DNA of 33,865 nucleotides from a virus, in IMG/VR virus record IMGVR_UViG_3300025706_000015; one strand, 5' to 3'. Position 1 is the stretch's first letter; each line of letters opens with the position of its first letter. This document shows positions 23,639 to 31,744 of this stretch, one piece after another. The notes under the pieces were generated by a model. That model was not told the origin of the DNA. It saw only the letters and a program-made list of their open reading frames with translations, and did not search any database. The translations under genes were made by a program, and so were the position numbers.

Positions 23639-23670
23639 AAAACAAAACCGCCCCACAATATGCAAGGCGG
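23639..23670 (-). terminator. Rho-independent terminator ending the structural/lysis operon
   Basis: Sense CCGCC-13 nt-GGCGG followed by TTTTGTTTT, about 105 nt after the stop of 23777..24010. Confidence 0.55.
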
Positions 23671-23776
23671 CTGTTGGTACTCGTTCTGTGTACAATCTGT
23701 TTAAAAGTTCCCCGTACACACCCAGGCTACCGCTGGCACGTACCCATTAGTACGCTTTTCCACAATATAACAACTG

Positions 23777-24010
23777 CTAAAAAGGTACAACGCCGTTGGC
23801 TGTAGTTGCGTCGCTTTCGTGTACGTATTTGTCCCAGGCTTTACCAATCGCTGTAAGCGCTGCGCCTGCTACTGCTGCCCAAATAGGGTCAAGTAGTCCA
23901 ATTAGTACTGTAGCGCCTGCCAGGGCTGCGCTAACGGCCGCAATAAACACAATGCGGGCAAACTCAAGTGCTGCCTTTTTAAATGCTGCTGGGTCTTTTA
24001 CTAATGCCAT
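23777..24010 (-). CDS. Holin-like membrane protein (2 TM)
   Basis: 77 aa. ..IVFIAAVSAALAGATVLIGLL.. and ..IWAAVAGAALTAIG.., with a charged C-terminus. It lies in the lysis cassette after the endolysin. Confidence 0.55.
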   Translation of the reverse strand: MALVKDPAAFKKAALEFARIVFIAAVSAALAGATVLIGLLDPIWAAVAGAALTAIGKAWDKYVHESDATTANGVVPF

Positions 24011-24021
24011 ATTCTACCTTT

Positions 24022-24243
24022 CTAAAGCCCTAAAGCTTTCTTATTCTTATAGTCTACCATGCTAATTACGTTGCTAGGTTCGGGTACAGTCGGTACTATA
24101 CCGCGTAACGCTGCATGGCCTATGGCCTCGTCAAGGTCGCGTTCCGCGTGGTATAGCCGTTCTGTAAAGTAATCTACCGTTTCAATAAGTTGCTGGTCGC
24201 TTAACTTATCGTAATCGCCGCTGCCTACTAACTCGCCCGCCAT
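24022..24243 (-). CDS. Hypothetical acidic protein in the lysis cassette
   Basis: 73-aa ORF. Confidence 0.7.
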   Translation of the reverse strand: MAGELVGSGDYDKLSDQQLIETVDYFTERLYHAERDLDEAIGHAALRGIVPTVPEPSNVISMVDYKNKKALGL

Positions 24244-24247
24244 AGCA

Positions 24248-25351
24248 CTAACTTACAAAAATTGTGTTACCTGCGTAAATCAGGTTAGGGTTAGCAATTC
24301 CATTTAGGCGCTGCAATGTCGCAACGTCTGTACCAAACTTGGCTGCAATACCGCTTAAGCTGTCGCCGCTAACAATCTTGTATGTTTTGCGCTGCGCTGG
24401 TGCTGGGGCTGCGCCAGTTACCTTAAGCTTTTGGCCAACTCGTATAAGGTTAGGGTTTGCAATGCCGTTAATAGCTGCAAGCGTCTGGTAGTTCGTACCG
24501 TATCGCTGTGCAATCGCGCTTAACGTGTCGCCTGGCTGTACGGTGTATTCGCCCTGTGCTGCTGGCGCTGGTGCGCTGCCGCTAAGTTGCAATACCTGGC
24601 CTACGTTAATTAGGTTAGGGTTAGCAATACCGTTTGCTGCTACAAGCGCCGCAACGGTCATGCCGTATCGCGCTGCAATGCCGCTTAATGTATCGCCGCT
24701 GCGTACAGTGTACGTGCCTTGCGCTGGTGCTGGCTGGCTAGGTGTAGGTACACTTGGCGCAATGCTGCCTGCCTTGCTTACCTGGCCGTAGTTGTCCAGG
24801 CTAGTACGGTTGTAATCTACCGCGCCGTTAAGGTTCTGGCCGTTCAAGTACTGGTAAAGGTGTATACCCTCTTGTACGCGCCCTCTACTCCAGGCGTATG
24901 TTTGCCAAAACCATTTAGCTGTGCCGCTAGCCATAGTGCGCTGCATTACGTCTGCGCTACCATAAATACCTACGCGTTCGCGGCCAATTACACTGGCTGC
25001 GCCGTTCAAAAAGTCGTCAATCGCTGCCTGGTCGCGTGGCTGTGCGTCAAAGTCTGCCGCAAAGTATACTACGCTTTTCGCTGGTAGCCCTAAGCGGTTA
25101 ATTTCGCGCTGTGCGTCTGCGGCTTGCGCCTTACCAACTTGCGCGCCACCCATAACGGTATTAGCGCCTGCTTGGTATACAAGTACAATTTCCAAACCAT
25201 TGTTTACTAGGTCTGCTAATTCTGCTGCGTCCAGGCCTTTACCGCCCTCGCCGTCAGGCCATAAGTAACGTACCACAAACTGTTTGCCTGCGTTTTTAAT
25301 GTTTCGTCCGCCAGGCCTCGCCCAACTATAGTCAATTCCCTCTGTTGCCAT
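24248..25351 (-). CDS. Endolysin: glycoside-hydrolase TIM-barrel domain (GH25-superfamily / DUF1906-like) plus three LysM repeats
   Basis: N-terminal ..[20 protein letters not shown]...GLEIVLVYQ... C-terminal 3x YxVxxGDxLSxIAxxxG....L...[13 protein letters not shown].L separated by AP-rich linkers. Confidence 0.85.
   Translation of the reverse strand: MATEGIDYSWARPGGRNIKNAGKQFVVRYLWPDGEGGKGLDAAELADLVNNGLEIVLVYQAGANTVMGGAQVGKAQAADAQREINRLGLPAKSVVYFAADFDAQPRDQAAIDDFLNGAASVIGRERVGIYGSADVMQRTMASGTAKWFWQTYAWSRGRVQEGIHLYQYLNGQNLNGAVDYNRTSLDNYGQVSKAGSIAPSVPTPSQPAPAQGTYTVRSGDTLSGIAARYGMTVAALVAANGIANPNLINVGQVLQLSGSAPAPAAQGEYTVQPGDTLSAIAQRYGTNYQTLAAINGIANPNLIRVGQKLKVTGAAPAPAQRKTYKIVSGDSLSGIAAKFGTDVATLQRLNGIANPNLIYAGNTIFVS
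24254..24712 (-). repeat. Three tandem LysM-coding repeats (domain repeats within the endolysin gene)
   Basis: Residues ~214-256, 269-311 and 324-366 share GIANPNLI and GDTLS cores. Confidence 0.8.
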
Positions 25352-25391
25352 AACTTGCGTTATTCCTTTCCTTAGTTATTGCCTTACAACA

Positions 25392-26237
25392 TTATTGTAC
25401 TACAAAGTTGTTACTACGTAGTACCTGGGCTATCGCCGTCTTAGCGTCGCCAACTGTTGCTGTAATGCGTAATTCTAGCCTACACTCGCCGTAAATACCC
25501 TCTGGTACGGTAACGGTTTTGTTCACGCTGTCTTTTTCGCCTGCTGTCGTCCGTCCACTGTAACTGTCAATAAAATAATCTTTGCTGCCGCAAACTAGGT
25601 GGCGTTCCGTAATTCCAAAGTAATCTACCCCCGCTGTGCCTTTAAATGCGTACTCAAGGTTATTGCCAGGGCTGTATATAGCCTTGCCGTCAATCGTCCC
25701 GTCTGTTTCTAATACCGTTAGGCTGTAGTCGCCGTAAATGTTCTCTGGGGTGCTAACCGTAAATGCGTTCGTTTCAAAGGTGGCCGTTTTCTCTACGCCA
25801 AATGGTAGCGTAACGCGGGCTGTATAAAATATCTTGTAATCGCCTGGGGCGGTTGGCTTGGTCGCTACCTCGCGGCTAACACACCCGCTACCCTCTGGTA
25901 TTGTGCTAGTTACCTGGTATTGCTGCGTATATACGGGCGGTTCTACCTTACGTACTTGTGCGTCAATTACTACTGGGTACGTTCCGTTACTCATGCGGCA
26001 ATAGTCAAGCACTGGGGTTTTGCCTAGTTCTACGTTGCTTACGTGCGCTGGGCTTTTGTAACTAAAAAAGTAGTTACCAGGTAGCAAGTTAAAGTATAAA
26101 AACTGGCCGCCAATCAGTAGGCCAGTGCTTACCGTACTCCAAAATACAATGCTAGGTAGGCGGCTAATAATATAGTTCATGCCACTTTTACTAAATGCCA
26201 GGCGTGTTTGTGTATACAATTTCTTTATTCTGTCCAT
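25392..26237 (-). CDS. Membrane-anchored beta-rich protein of unknown function
   Basis: 281 aa with an N-terminal TM ..IVFWSTVSTGLLIGGQFLYF... Confidence 0.75.
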   Translation of the reverse strand: MDRIKKLYTQTRLAFSKSGMNYIISRLPSIVFWSTVSTGLLIGGQFLYFNLLPGNYFFSYKSPAHVSNVELGKTPVLDYCRMSNGTYPVVIDAQVRKVEPPVYTQQYQVTSTIPEGSGCVSREVATKPTAPGDYKIFYTARVTLPFGVEKTATFETNAFTVSTPENIYGDYSLTVLETDGTIDGKAIYSPGNNLEYAFKGTAGVDYFGITERHLVCGSKDYFIDSYSGRTTAGEKDSVNKTVTVPEGIYGECRLELRITATVGDAKTAIAQVLRSNNFVVQ

Positions 26238-26241
26238 AGCA

Positions 26242-26487
26242 TTAGCCTCGCCTCTTAAAGTAGTCGCGTATATCCTCTGGGCTTAGTCCAATCACAATAC
26301 CCATAAGTATACCTAAAACCCATACTGGGTAATCAAATGTAGGTATAGTAGCGTCAAATACAAACAACGTTATAGCGCCTACCAAACAAACCACCCTAAA
26401 AAAGGTAGTTGCTGCCTTTGGTTCGGGCTGTTTACGTACTGGTTGTTTTGGTATACGTTTTACGTCAGTTTTTCTTTTGGCCACCAT
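26242..26487 (-). CDS. Small membrane protein (2 TM)
   Basis: 81 aa: a basic N-terminus followed by two hydrophobic segments. Confidence 0.7.
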   Translation of the reverse strand: MVAKRKTDVKRIPKQPVRKQPEPKAATTFFRVVCLVGAITLFVFDATIPTFDYPVWVLGILMGIVIGLSPEDIRDYFKRRG

Positions 26488-26593
26488 GTGTAATGTCTTT
26501 CAGTCTAAAATCAAGCTTATGTATAGCGCCGCGTAGTAGCCAACCTGCCACTATGCCAAACTCAATGCCTAGTATAAACTCCATTATTTCCAT
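26465..26593 (-). CDS. Possible 42-aa membrane peptide (not in the ORF track)
   Basis: MEIMEFILGIEFGIVAGWLLRGAIHKLDFRLKDITHGGQKKN. AAAGGAA lies upstream. It overlaps the next gene by 23 nt. Confidence 0.35.
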   Translation of the reverse strand: MEIMEFILGIEFGIVAGWLLRGAIHKLDFRLKDITHGGQKKN

Positions 26594-26658
26594 AATTCCT
26601 TTTGTTGCGCCGCTATAGCTTTCTACATTACTTATGTTAGCATATTCCCTATTTAAGC

Positions 26659-27006
26659 TTAACCCTCTTGTTCAATACTTGCTGCGTTATATTTCACAAG
26701 TTCTGTACGCGCCTCGTCGGGCAAATAATTGCCACAAATAAAGCAACGGTAAGGGTCTACGTTATCCACCATGCCGCAATACTGGCAATTACTACAATTA
26801 GGGCAAGTAGTAAACCATTGCCCGCCTGCTGTCGCGCCACACCATACACACTTATTTACGGCGCAAACCTTGTGCTGCGCGTCCATAAGCTTTGCCTCAA
26901 ACTCTGGCTGCTTTTCTGGGTTAATAACCTTTTCCCTGCGCTTGCGGCCAGGGTTCGGGGCAATTACCGTATTCCCTGGGTAGTATATACTAAGTCCATT
27001 TTCCAT
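26659..27006 (-). CDS. Cys-rich (multi zinc-ribbon-like) protein
   Basis: 115 aa with 13 Cys arranged as CxxxxC, CxxC, CxxCxxCxxC and CxxC. Confidence 0.7.
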   Translation of the reverse strand: MENGLSIYYPGNTVIAPNPGRKRREKVINPEKQPEFEAKLMDAQHKVCAVNKCVWCGATAGGQWFTTCPNCSNCQYCGMVDNVDPYRCFICGNYLPDEARTELVKYNAASIEQEG

Positions 27007-27422
27007 ATTTCTATTGTAGCAATCTGGCTTAAATATGTTGGGTGCAAAATGCCTATGCCCACAAAGCCCTGGGCTGCTAGGCTAGCGTCATTTATAATTA
27101 ACTGTTTAATAATCTGTGTCAGGTCGGCCGTAAAATCTATGCGGCGGTTTGCGTCTGCGGTCAGGTTAAGCGGTTTCATTAGCGGCTGGTTAAAGTCGTC
27201 CGTACTAAATTGCCTTGTACCTATACCTATAATTTTCTGGTTGCCTACTGGTTCGCTGGCATGAAAAACAATACGTATATGCGCCCATAGGTTTTTAATC
27301 TCTAGTAGGTTACTTGGCAAGTTAAAGTTAAGCGTTGCGCCTGCGCCACAATCGCGGGCGTTTTGCAGTGCAATGGTTTTGTACTGGTATCTGTATTCCT
27401 GGTGTCTACTTTCTGCGCCCAT
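26964..27422 (-). CDS. Hypothetical structural protein
   Basis: 152-aa ORF in the distal tail cluster. Confidence 0.75.
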   Translation of the reverse strand: MGAESRHQEYRYQYKTIALQNARDCGAGATLNFNLPSNLLEIKNLWAHIRIVFHASEPVGNQKIIGIGTRQFSTDDFNQPLMKPLNLTADANRRIDFTADLTQIIKQLIINDASLAAQGFVGIGILHPTYLSQIATIEIWKMDLVYTTQGIR

Positions 27423-27423
27423 A

Positions 27424-27954
27424 TTAAAGCCTTTCGTCGTAATCGTAGTCTACGGTTTTAAGTACCTGGGCTGTCTGTGCGCGGCCACGTATCATACGCC
27501 CCGTAGCTTTCAAGTCAATAATTACCAAAAAAATGCCGTTCCAACGCGGGTCTGTAGGCTGCGGTATTTGCAGTTCGTTAAACTCTAGTTCAAATGGTAG
27601 TGTTTGCCCCGCTGGTATGGTTATGCGGGTAAGTTCATTTGCGGCCGTAATGTTCAACGGGTCGCTGGCGTAGCTAAGTACAACGTCGTAAGGTTGGCTA
27701 GCGCCCTCGCTGTTAGGGCAAATACCGTCGTTTCCTGCGTTCAAATAGCTTTTAAAGTCAATGTTTTGTAATACTAGGCGGCGGTTTCGTACTACAAAGT
27801 TAGTAGCAAAAATACGCCACCATAGGTATGTAAAGTTAGCTGGTAAATAACAAGCGCCTGCGCCGCTGCCGCCACACCCAGGGCTAAAACTAAAGTCGCT
27901 ACCACGTACTAGGTTCTTTGGGTAGCCCATTACCTCTATATCTTGCGCGCCCAT
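27424..27954 (-). CDS. Hypothetical structural protein
   Basis: 176-aa ORF, translationally coupled. Confidence 0.75.
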   Translation of the reverse strand: MGAQDIEVMGYPKNLVRGSDFSFSPGCGGSGAGACYLPANFTYLWWRIFATNFVVRNRRLVLQNIDFKSYLNAGNDGICPNSEGASQPYDVVLSYASDPLNITAANELTRITIPAGQTLPFELEFNELQIPQPTDPRWNGIFLVIIDLKATGRMIRGRAQTAQVLKTVDYDYDERL

Positions 27955-28646
27955 TATGCTACCCCCGTCATACTTTGCACTACCCTAAAAAACTCAAAAG
28001 CAAAGTTGCTGCCGCCAAATGCGCCTGGTATACCTGCGCCACTTGGGGCAAATAATATAGTGCCGTCTGTGCTGCCAAACGCCAGTATTAAGTTAAACCC
28101 GTCCTCAACAAATAGCGGGTTGCCGTTCTTTTTCAGTTGCGGTAATAGGTTTATGCGTCGCGCAATAATACGCCAGTCGCCACCGCCGCTACTCATGGCA
28201 ATAGGCGTACGTGTGCCGCTAATCTTTTCCCAACTGTCCTGTATTTCTTTTAATGTGTAGCTGGTTCGCGGTGTCGTAAAGTCATTGTTCGTAAAGTCGC
28301 CAATCGCAATATACATACCCAGGCCGCCTTTTTCTGTAGTACCGCCCGTCGTACCGTCAATAGCGCTGCGTATCTGTAAATAGTCAATATAGCACTCTAC
28401 TAACTCGCCCTGGTGTGGCTGCAATATGCGTATGCTGTTAATTGCCTGCGGGGTAGGTGTAACCGCGCCGCCCACGCCGTCTATTGTACTAATGCCAACA
28501 AGCGGGCATAAGTCGCTATACCCGCCGCTAATTGTGTACGCCCCCTTTTTAAGGTCGTACTCGGTTTCGTCCATGTAGTTGTGGCCAAAAACATTAGCCC
28601 TCATGGTTACGGCCTCGTTGCGTACCGCGCGGTCAAGTCCGCCCAT
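27954..28646 (-). CDS. Hypothetical structural protein
   Basis: 230-aa ORF whose start overlaps the upstream stop. Confidence 0.75.
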   Translation of the reverse strand: MGGLDRAVRNEAVTMRANVFGHNYMDETEYDLKKGAYTISGGYSDLCPLVGISTIDGVGGAVTPTPQAINSIRILQPHQGELVECYIDYLQIRSAIDGTTGGTTEKGGLGMYIAIGDFTNNDFTTPRTSYTLKEIQDSWEKISGTRTPIAMSSGGGDWRIIARRINLLPQLKKNGNPLFVEDGFNLILAFGSTDGTILFAPSGAGIPGAFGGSNFAFEFFRVVQSMTGVA

Positions 28647-28647
28647 T

Positions 28648-29172
28648 TTACGTACCTATAGCTATCCAGTTGTAGTAGCCAAAGCCGTTACCACCCCAGT
28701 TAGTACCGTTCGGCTTAGCAAAATAAACTTGAAAACCTGTGGTAGTAATGCTGTGTACCTTGCTTACTACAATACCCTCAATAGTGTTACCACCGCCGTT
28801 AGCTGTATTGCTTAGGCTGTCGCCGCTGTATTGTGCTAATACAATCGGCTTGCTAGTAAATGCCCCGTTAAACGTAATTCCCTCACCGTAAATAGACTGG
28901 CCAGTACTTACAGGTATAACGCCCCAACCTGTCAAAATGCGGGCTGCGGTTTCCGTACTGTTCGTAGTGTCGTCTTGTCGCAACGTCTTATAGTTGCTAA
29001 TCTTATCGCCAGTTACGGCGTTTGCTGCTAAGTGGCGGTTAATAATTACCGCGTCCTCAAGCCCAGTACCTAAGTTAAAACTACTGTCGTTACTACCAAT
29101 TAAGTTCCATTTTGCCGTTGTAGGCTGTTCGTTCGCTACAAACGTAATAGCTGTATATCCGCTACTGGCCAT
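28648..29172 (-). CDS. Receptor-binding / tail fibre protein with H-type-lectin-like C-terminal domain (putative)
   Basis: ..ITFNGAFTSKPIVLAQ....VHSITTTGFQVYF....NWIAIG resembles the H-type lectin pattern. Confidence 0.55.
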   Translation of the reverse strand: MASSGYTAITFVANEQPTTAKWNLIGSNDSSFNLGTGLEDAVIINRHLAANAVTGDKISNYKTLRQDDTTNSTETAARILTGWGVIPVSTGQSIYGEGITFNGAFTSKPIVLAQYSGDSLSNTANGGGNTIEGIVVSKVHSITTTGFQVYFAKPNGTNWGGNGFGYYNWIAIGT

Positions 29173-29173
29173 A

Positions 29174-29761
29174 CTACTTTACCCTTTCCAGTTTAAATGT
29201 TTCGTAGCGTTCCATAGTTCCCTGGGTTTCGTAGTCCGCTTTTTCGCCTTTGGCTTGGTTCTCTGCAATGCGCGCTGCTGCCTGGGCTACCTCGTATGGT
29301 GTACCCATACTTACTGCGCCAGTGTCGCCTATAATATCCTTGCCGTCTTTAATAATGCCGCGTATAGGCACAATACCCATTTCAACCGCTGCAAGCGTGG
29401 TGCGGTTGCCACAAGCACACTCATAGCCGTACATAGGTTCGTTATTCTCGTTTAAGTCCTCGCGTCGCCTAATCGCTAGGCAAAGGTCGTTATAGTTGTA
29501 AAAGGTGCGGCCTTTCTCAAGTACCACGCCGTCTGCAAACTGCCCTGCTACCTCAATACCTATAACATGGTCATTAGCTAAACAATGCAGTACGTAAACC
29601 TCTGGGTAGTTGGCCTTATACCAATCTACCATTTTTTGTACCTCGGCCTCGTCCTGTTCCCAACTTACGGGTTCTGGTTCGGCCATTTCAACAGGCACAA
29701 TAGCCATTTCGGCTTGTGTGTCGTCAATCTCTTGTTTATCGTCTTTGGCTTTTTTCATCAT
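29174..29761 (-). CDS. Hypothetical protein
   Basis: 195-aa ORF with an acidic N-terminus. Confidence 0.75.
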   Translation of the reverse strand: MMKKAKDDKQEIDDTQAEMAIVPVEMAEPEPVSWEQDEAEVQKMVDWYKANYPEVYVLHCLANDHVIGIEVAGQFADGVVLEKGRTFYNYNDLCLAIRRREDLNENNEPMYGYECACGNRTTLAAVEMGIVPIRGIIKDGKDIIGDTGAVSMGTPYEVAQAAARIAENQAKGEKADYETQGTMERYETFKLERVK

Positions 29762-29801
29762 TACAATAATTTCCTATACCTTTAATATACAATACAACAG
29801 T

Positions 29802-31385
29802 CTATGGCGCTAGGTAGTCGCTGCCGCCAATTCTACTTACACCAATCGTAAAGTACTGGTAAGTGCTGCGTTGTTCAAGGCTTAATGTCTGCGCTAGCTT
29901 ACCATTTTGCGTTACCTCTATATCGTTACCAACTACAACCATTGCTAAGGTTTGCCCCGTCGTTTCCTCGTTTACGGTTACAAAGTCGCCTAATTGTAGC
30001 TGCGGCACACCAAATACCGTTGCCTTAAGGCGCTGCAATGGCGTACTAAATAGCTTTACATAAATGTATGCCAGGGCGTTTGCCGTAGCCGCGTCTTGTA
30101 CTAGGTTATTGTCAATGGTTACAATCTGGCCGTTGTTATCTGGGTTAATTCCGTAGTTGGCTATGCTGGTCGCGTCCGTCTGTTCTTTGCTGTCCACCAC
30201 TTGCACTTTGGCTGGCGTACCATATAGCTGTATCTTGGTCAGGTAAATTACCGCGTTCGTAGTATTTGCAAACGTCATGCGGTAGCGTTCACCAAATAAG
30301 TAGGTGCTGGTAAGCGCTATGCCGCTGTTTACCTCTGCGCCTGTGCCGTCCTGGTTCTGGTTGGCCTGCCAACTACTCGTAACGGCCGTCGTAATGTTTA
30401 CTGGCGTTACTATACTAATTAAAGGAAAACTACCTATGTCGTCCCTAAAATCTGCAAATACATCTAGGCTGCTGTTTGGCTGTACTGCGTAGCTTTGCCC
30501 GTTTTCCCAAACCTTGTTAAAGGCGGCAATCTTAAATGGCTTTGCCACTACTATTGCGTCGTTCACTATAGGCGTATTGTCCCAGTCTACGTTAGTCATA
30601 TTGCTATAGTTAAACGTCCACTTGCTAGTACTGTTATTGTTTAAGTGTATTCTGTTCCAAAAGTTAATTACGCCGTTTTCGTCGCAAAACATTAGCGCGC
30701 CCTCGGCCTCGCAAATCTGCTTAAAAATGTCCGTTACAATCAAGTCTTGTACGGGTAGGTAGCCAATTTTATTTTGGGTGCTTGGTTCAATGTTGTACTG
30801 GCCTACGCCAAAGCCCTGTTCTTGCAGTAGCGCAATAATAATTTGGTCTGCACTGGTATTTACAAAGGCCTGCAAACTACTCTTTTTATTACTCAAAAAC
30901 TTAAGCGCGTCCCATGCTACAATGGTTGTCTTGCGGCTGCTAATGCTACTCTTAGGCATTTCGCTATAGCCCGTAAACAAGTTAATGTACTCATCGTTAA
31001 TACCCACACCCAGGCGTATAGGGCGGTCAGGCAAAATATAGTTGCCAATCGTAGCGTCATACTTAGGCGTAAAACGGTTATTTGCGTTCAGTAAGGTAAT
31101 GTTTGCCGTACCCATAATAACGCCCCAGGGTAGGTTACTCATTTTGCGGCTAATAGTATAGCTTTCTACGTTAGCGGTTTCGTTAGTGTACTGGTATTTG
31201 TCGCTAAACGTTACGCTGCCGCCTGCGCCCTTAAGTACGTCTGCGCCACCAATCTTACTTTGTCCAATGGTAAAAAACTGTACGCTGGCATTAGTCGTTT
31301 TTTGCCAGGCAATCAAAACACTAGCCCCAATACGTTTGTAGGCTGCTGCGGTTGCGGTAGTAAATGCGCTACTAACCGTTTGCAT
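29802..31385 (-). CDS. Tail tip / baseplate hub protein (Tal position)
   Basis: 527-aa ORF, the second gene after the tape measure. Function is inferred from position only. Confidence 0.7.
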   Translation of the reverse strand: MQTVSSAFTTATAAAYKRIGASVLIAWQKTTNASVQFFTIGQSKIGGADVLKGAGGSVTFSDKYQYTNETANVESYTISRKMSNLPWGVIMGTANITLLNANNRFTPKYDATIGNYILPDRPIRLGVGINDEYINLFTGYSEMPKSSISSRKTTIVAWDALKFLSNKKSSLQAFVNTSADQIIIALLQEQGFGVGQYNIEPSTQNKIGYLPVQDLIVTDIFKQICEAEGALMFCDENGVINFWNRIHLNNNSTSKWTFNYSNMTNVDWDNTPIVNDAIVVAKPFKIAAFNKVWENGQSYAVQPNSSLDVFADFRDDIGSFPLISIVTPVNITTAVTSSWQANQNQDGTGAEVNSGIALTSTYLFGERYRMTFANTTNAVIYLTKIQLYGTPAKVQVVDSKEQTDATSIANYGINPDNNGQIVTIDNNLVQDAATANALAYIYVKLFSTPLQRLKATVFGVPQLQLGDFVTVNEETTGQTLAMVVVGNDIEVTQNGKLAQTLSLEQRSTYQYFTIGVSRIGGSDYLAP

Positions 31386-31387
31386 TG

Positions 31388-31741
31388 CTATATTTCCTCA
31401 ATCACACAATTAGCGTCTACTAATTTGCTAGTACCTACGCTGTACGGTGTGCTTGCATTAAAAGTAGGTAGCCCCGTAAAGTTAAACGTTCCGCCTGGTT
31501 TGTTCGTAAAATCGTTAGCATAGGCCACTGCTGCGCCCGTATTAAGTAATGCTAACAATGCCTGGTAATCGGCAATGCTTAAGCGCGTCCATTTTAGCTG
31601 GGCGCGTTTCTTTTGTCCTGCGCGGGTGCGCTGCTTGCCGCCGTTAATTGCTACAAGCGTAGTTTCGTAGTTTACGTAGTCCTCAACAAGCCCGTCTGCG
31701 TCAGGTAGTTTAATTGCTGTTGCGTTAATCGTTAGTGCCAT
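31388..31741 (-). CDS. Minor tail protein (distal tail protein position)
   Basis: 117-aa ORF immediately after the tape measure stop. Confidence 0.7.
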   Translation of the reverse strand: MALTINATAIKLPDADGLVEDYVNYETTLVAINGGKQRTRAGQKKRAQLKWTRLSIADYQALLALLNTGAAVAYANDFTNKPGGTFNFTGLPTFNASTPYSVGTSKLVDANCVIEEI

Positions 31742-31744
31742 AGT

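Noticed and set aside
23394-23645. 83-aa minus-strand ORF in the large non-coding region.
   Set aside because: It starts at a TTG inside a terminator U-tract, has no SD, and reads through a promoter element, a 14-bp long-range stem and a second terminator. It is better explained as an ncRNA locus.
24254-24712. Tandem ~130-nt DNA repeats, considered as a possible repeat array or mobile element.
   Set aside because: They are in frame within the endolysin and encode three diverged LysM domains separated by AP-rich linkers. They are ordinary domain repeats.
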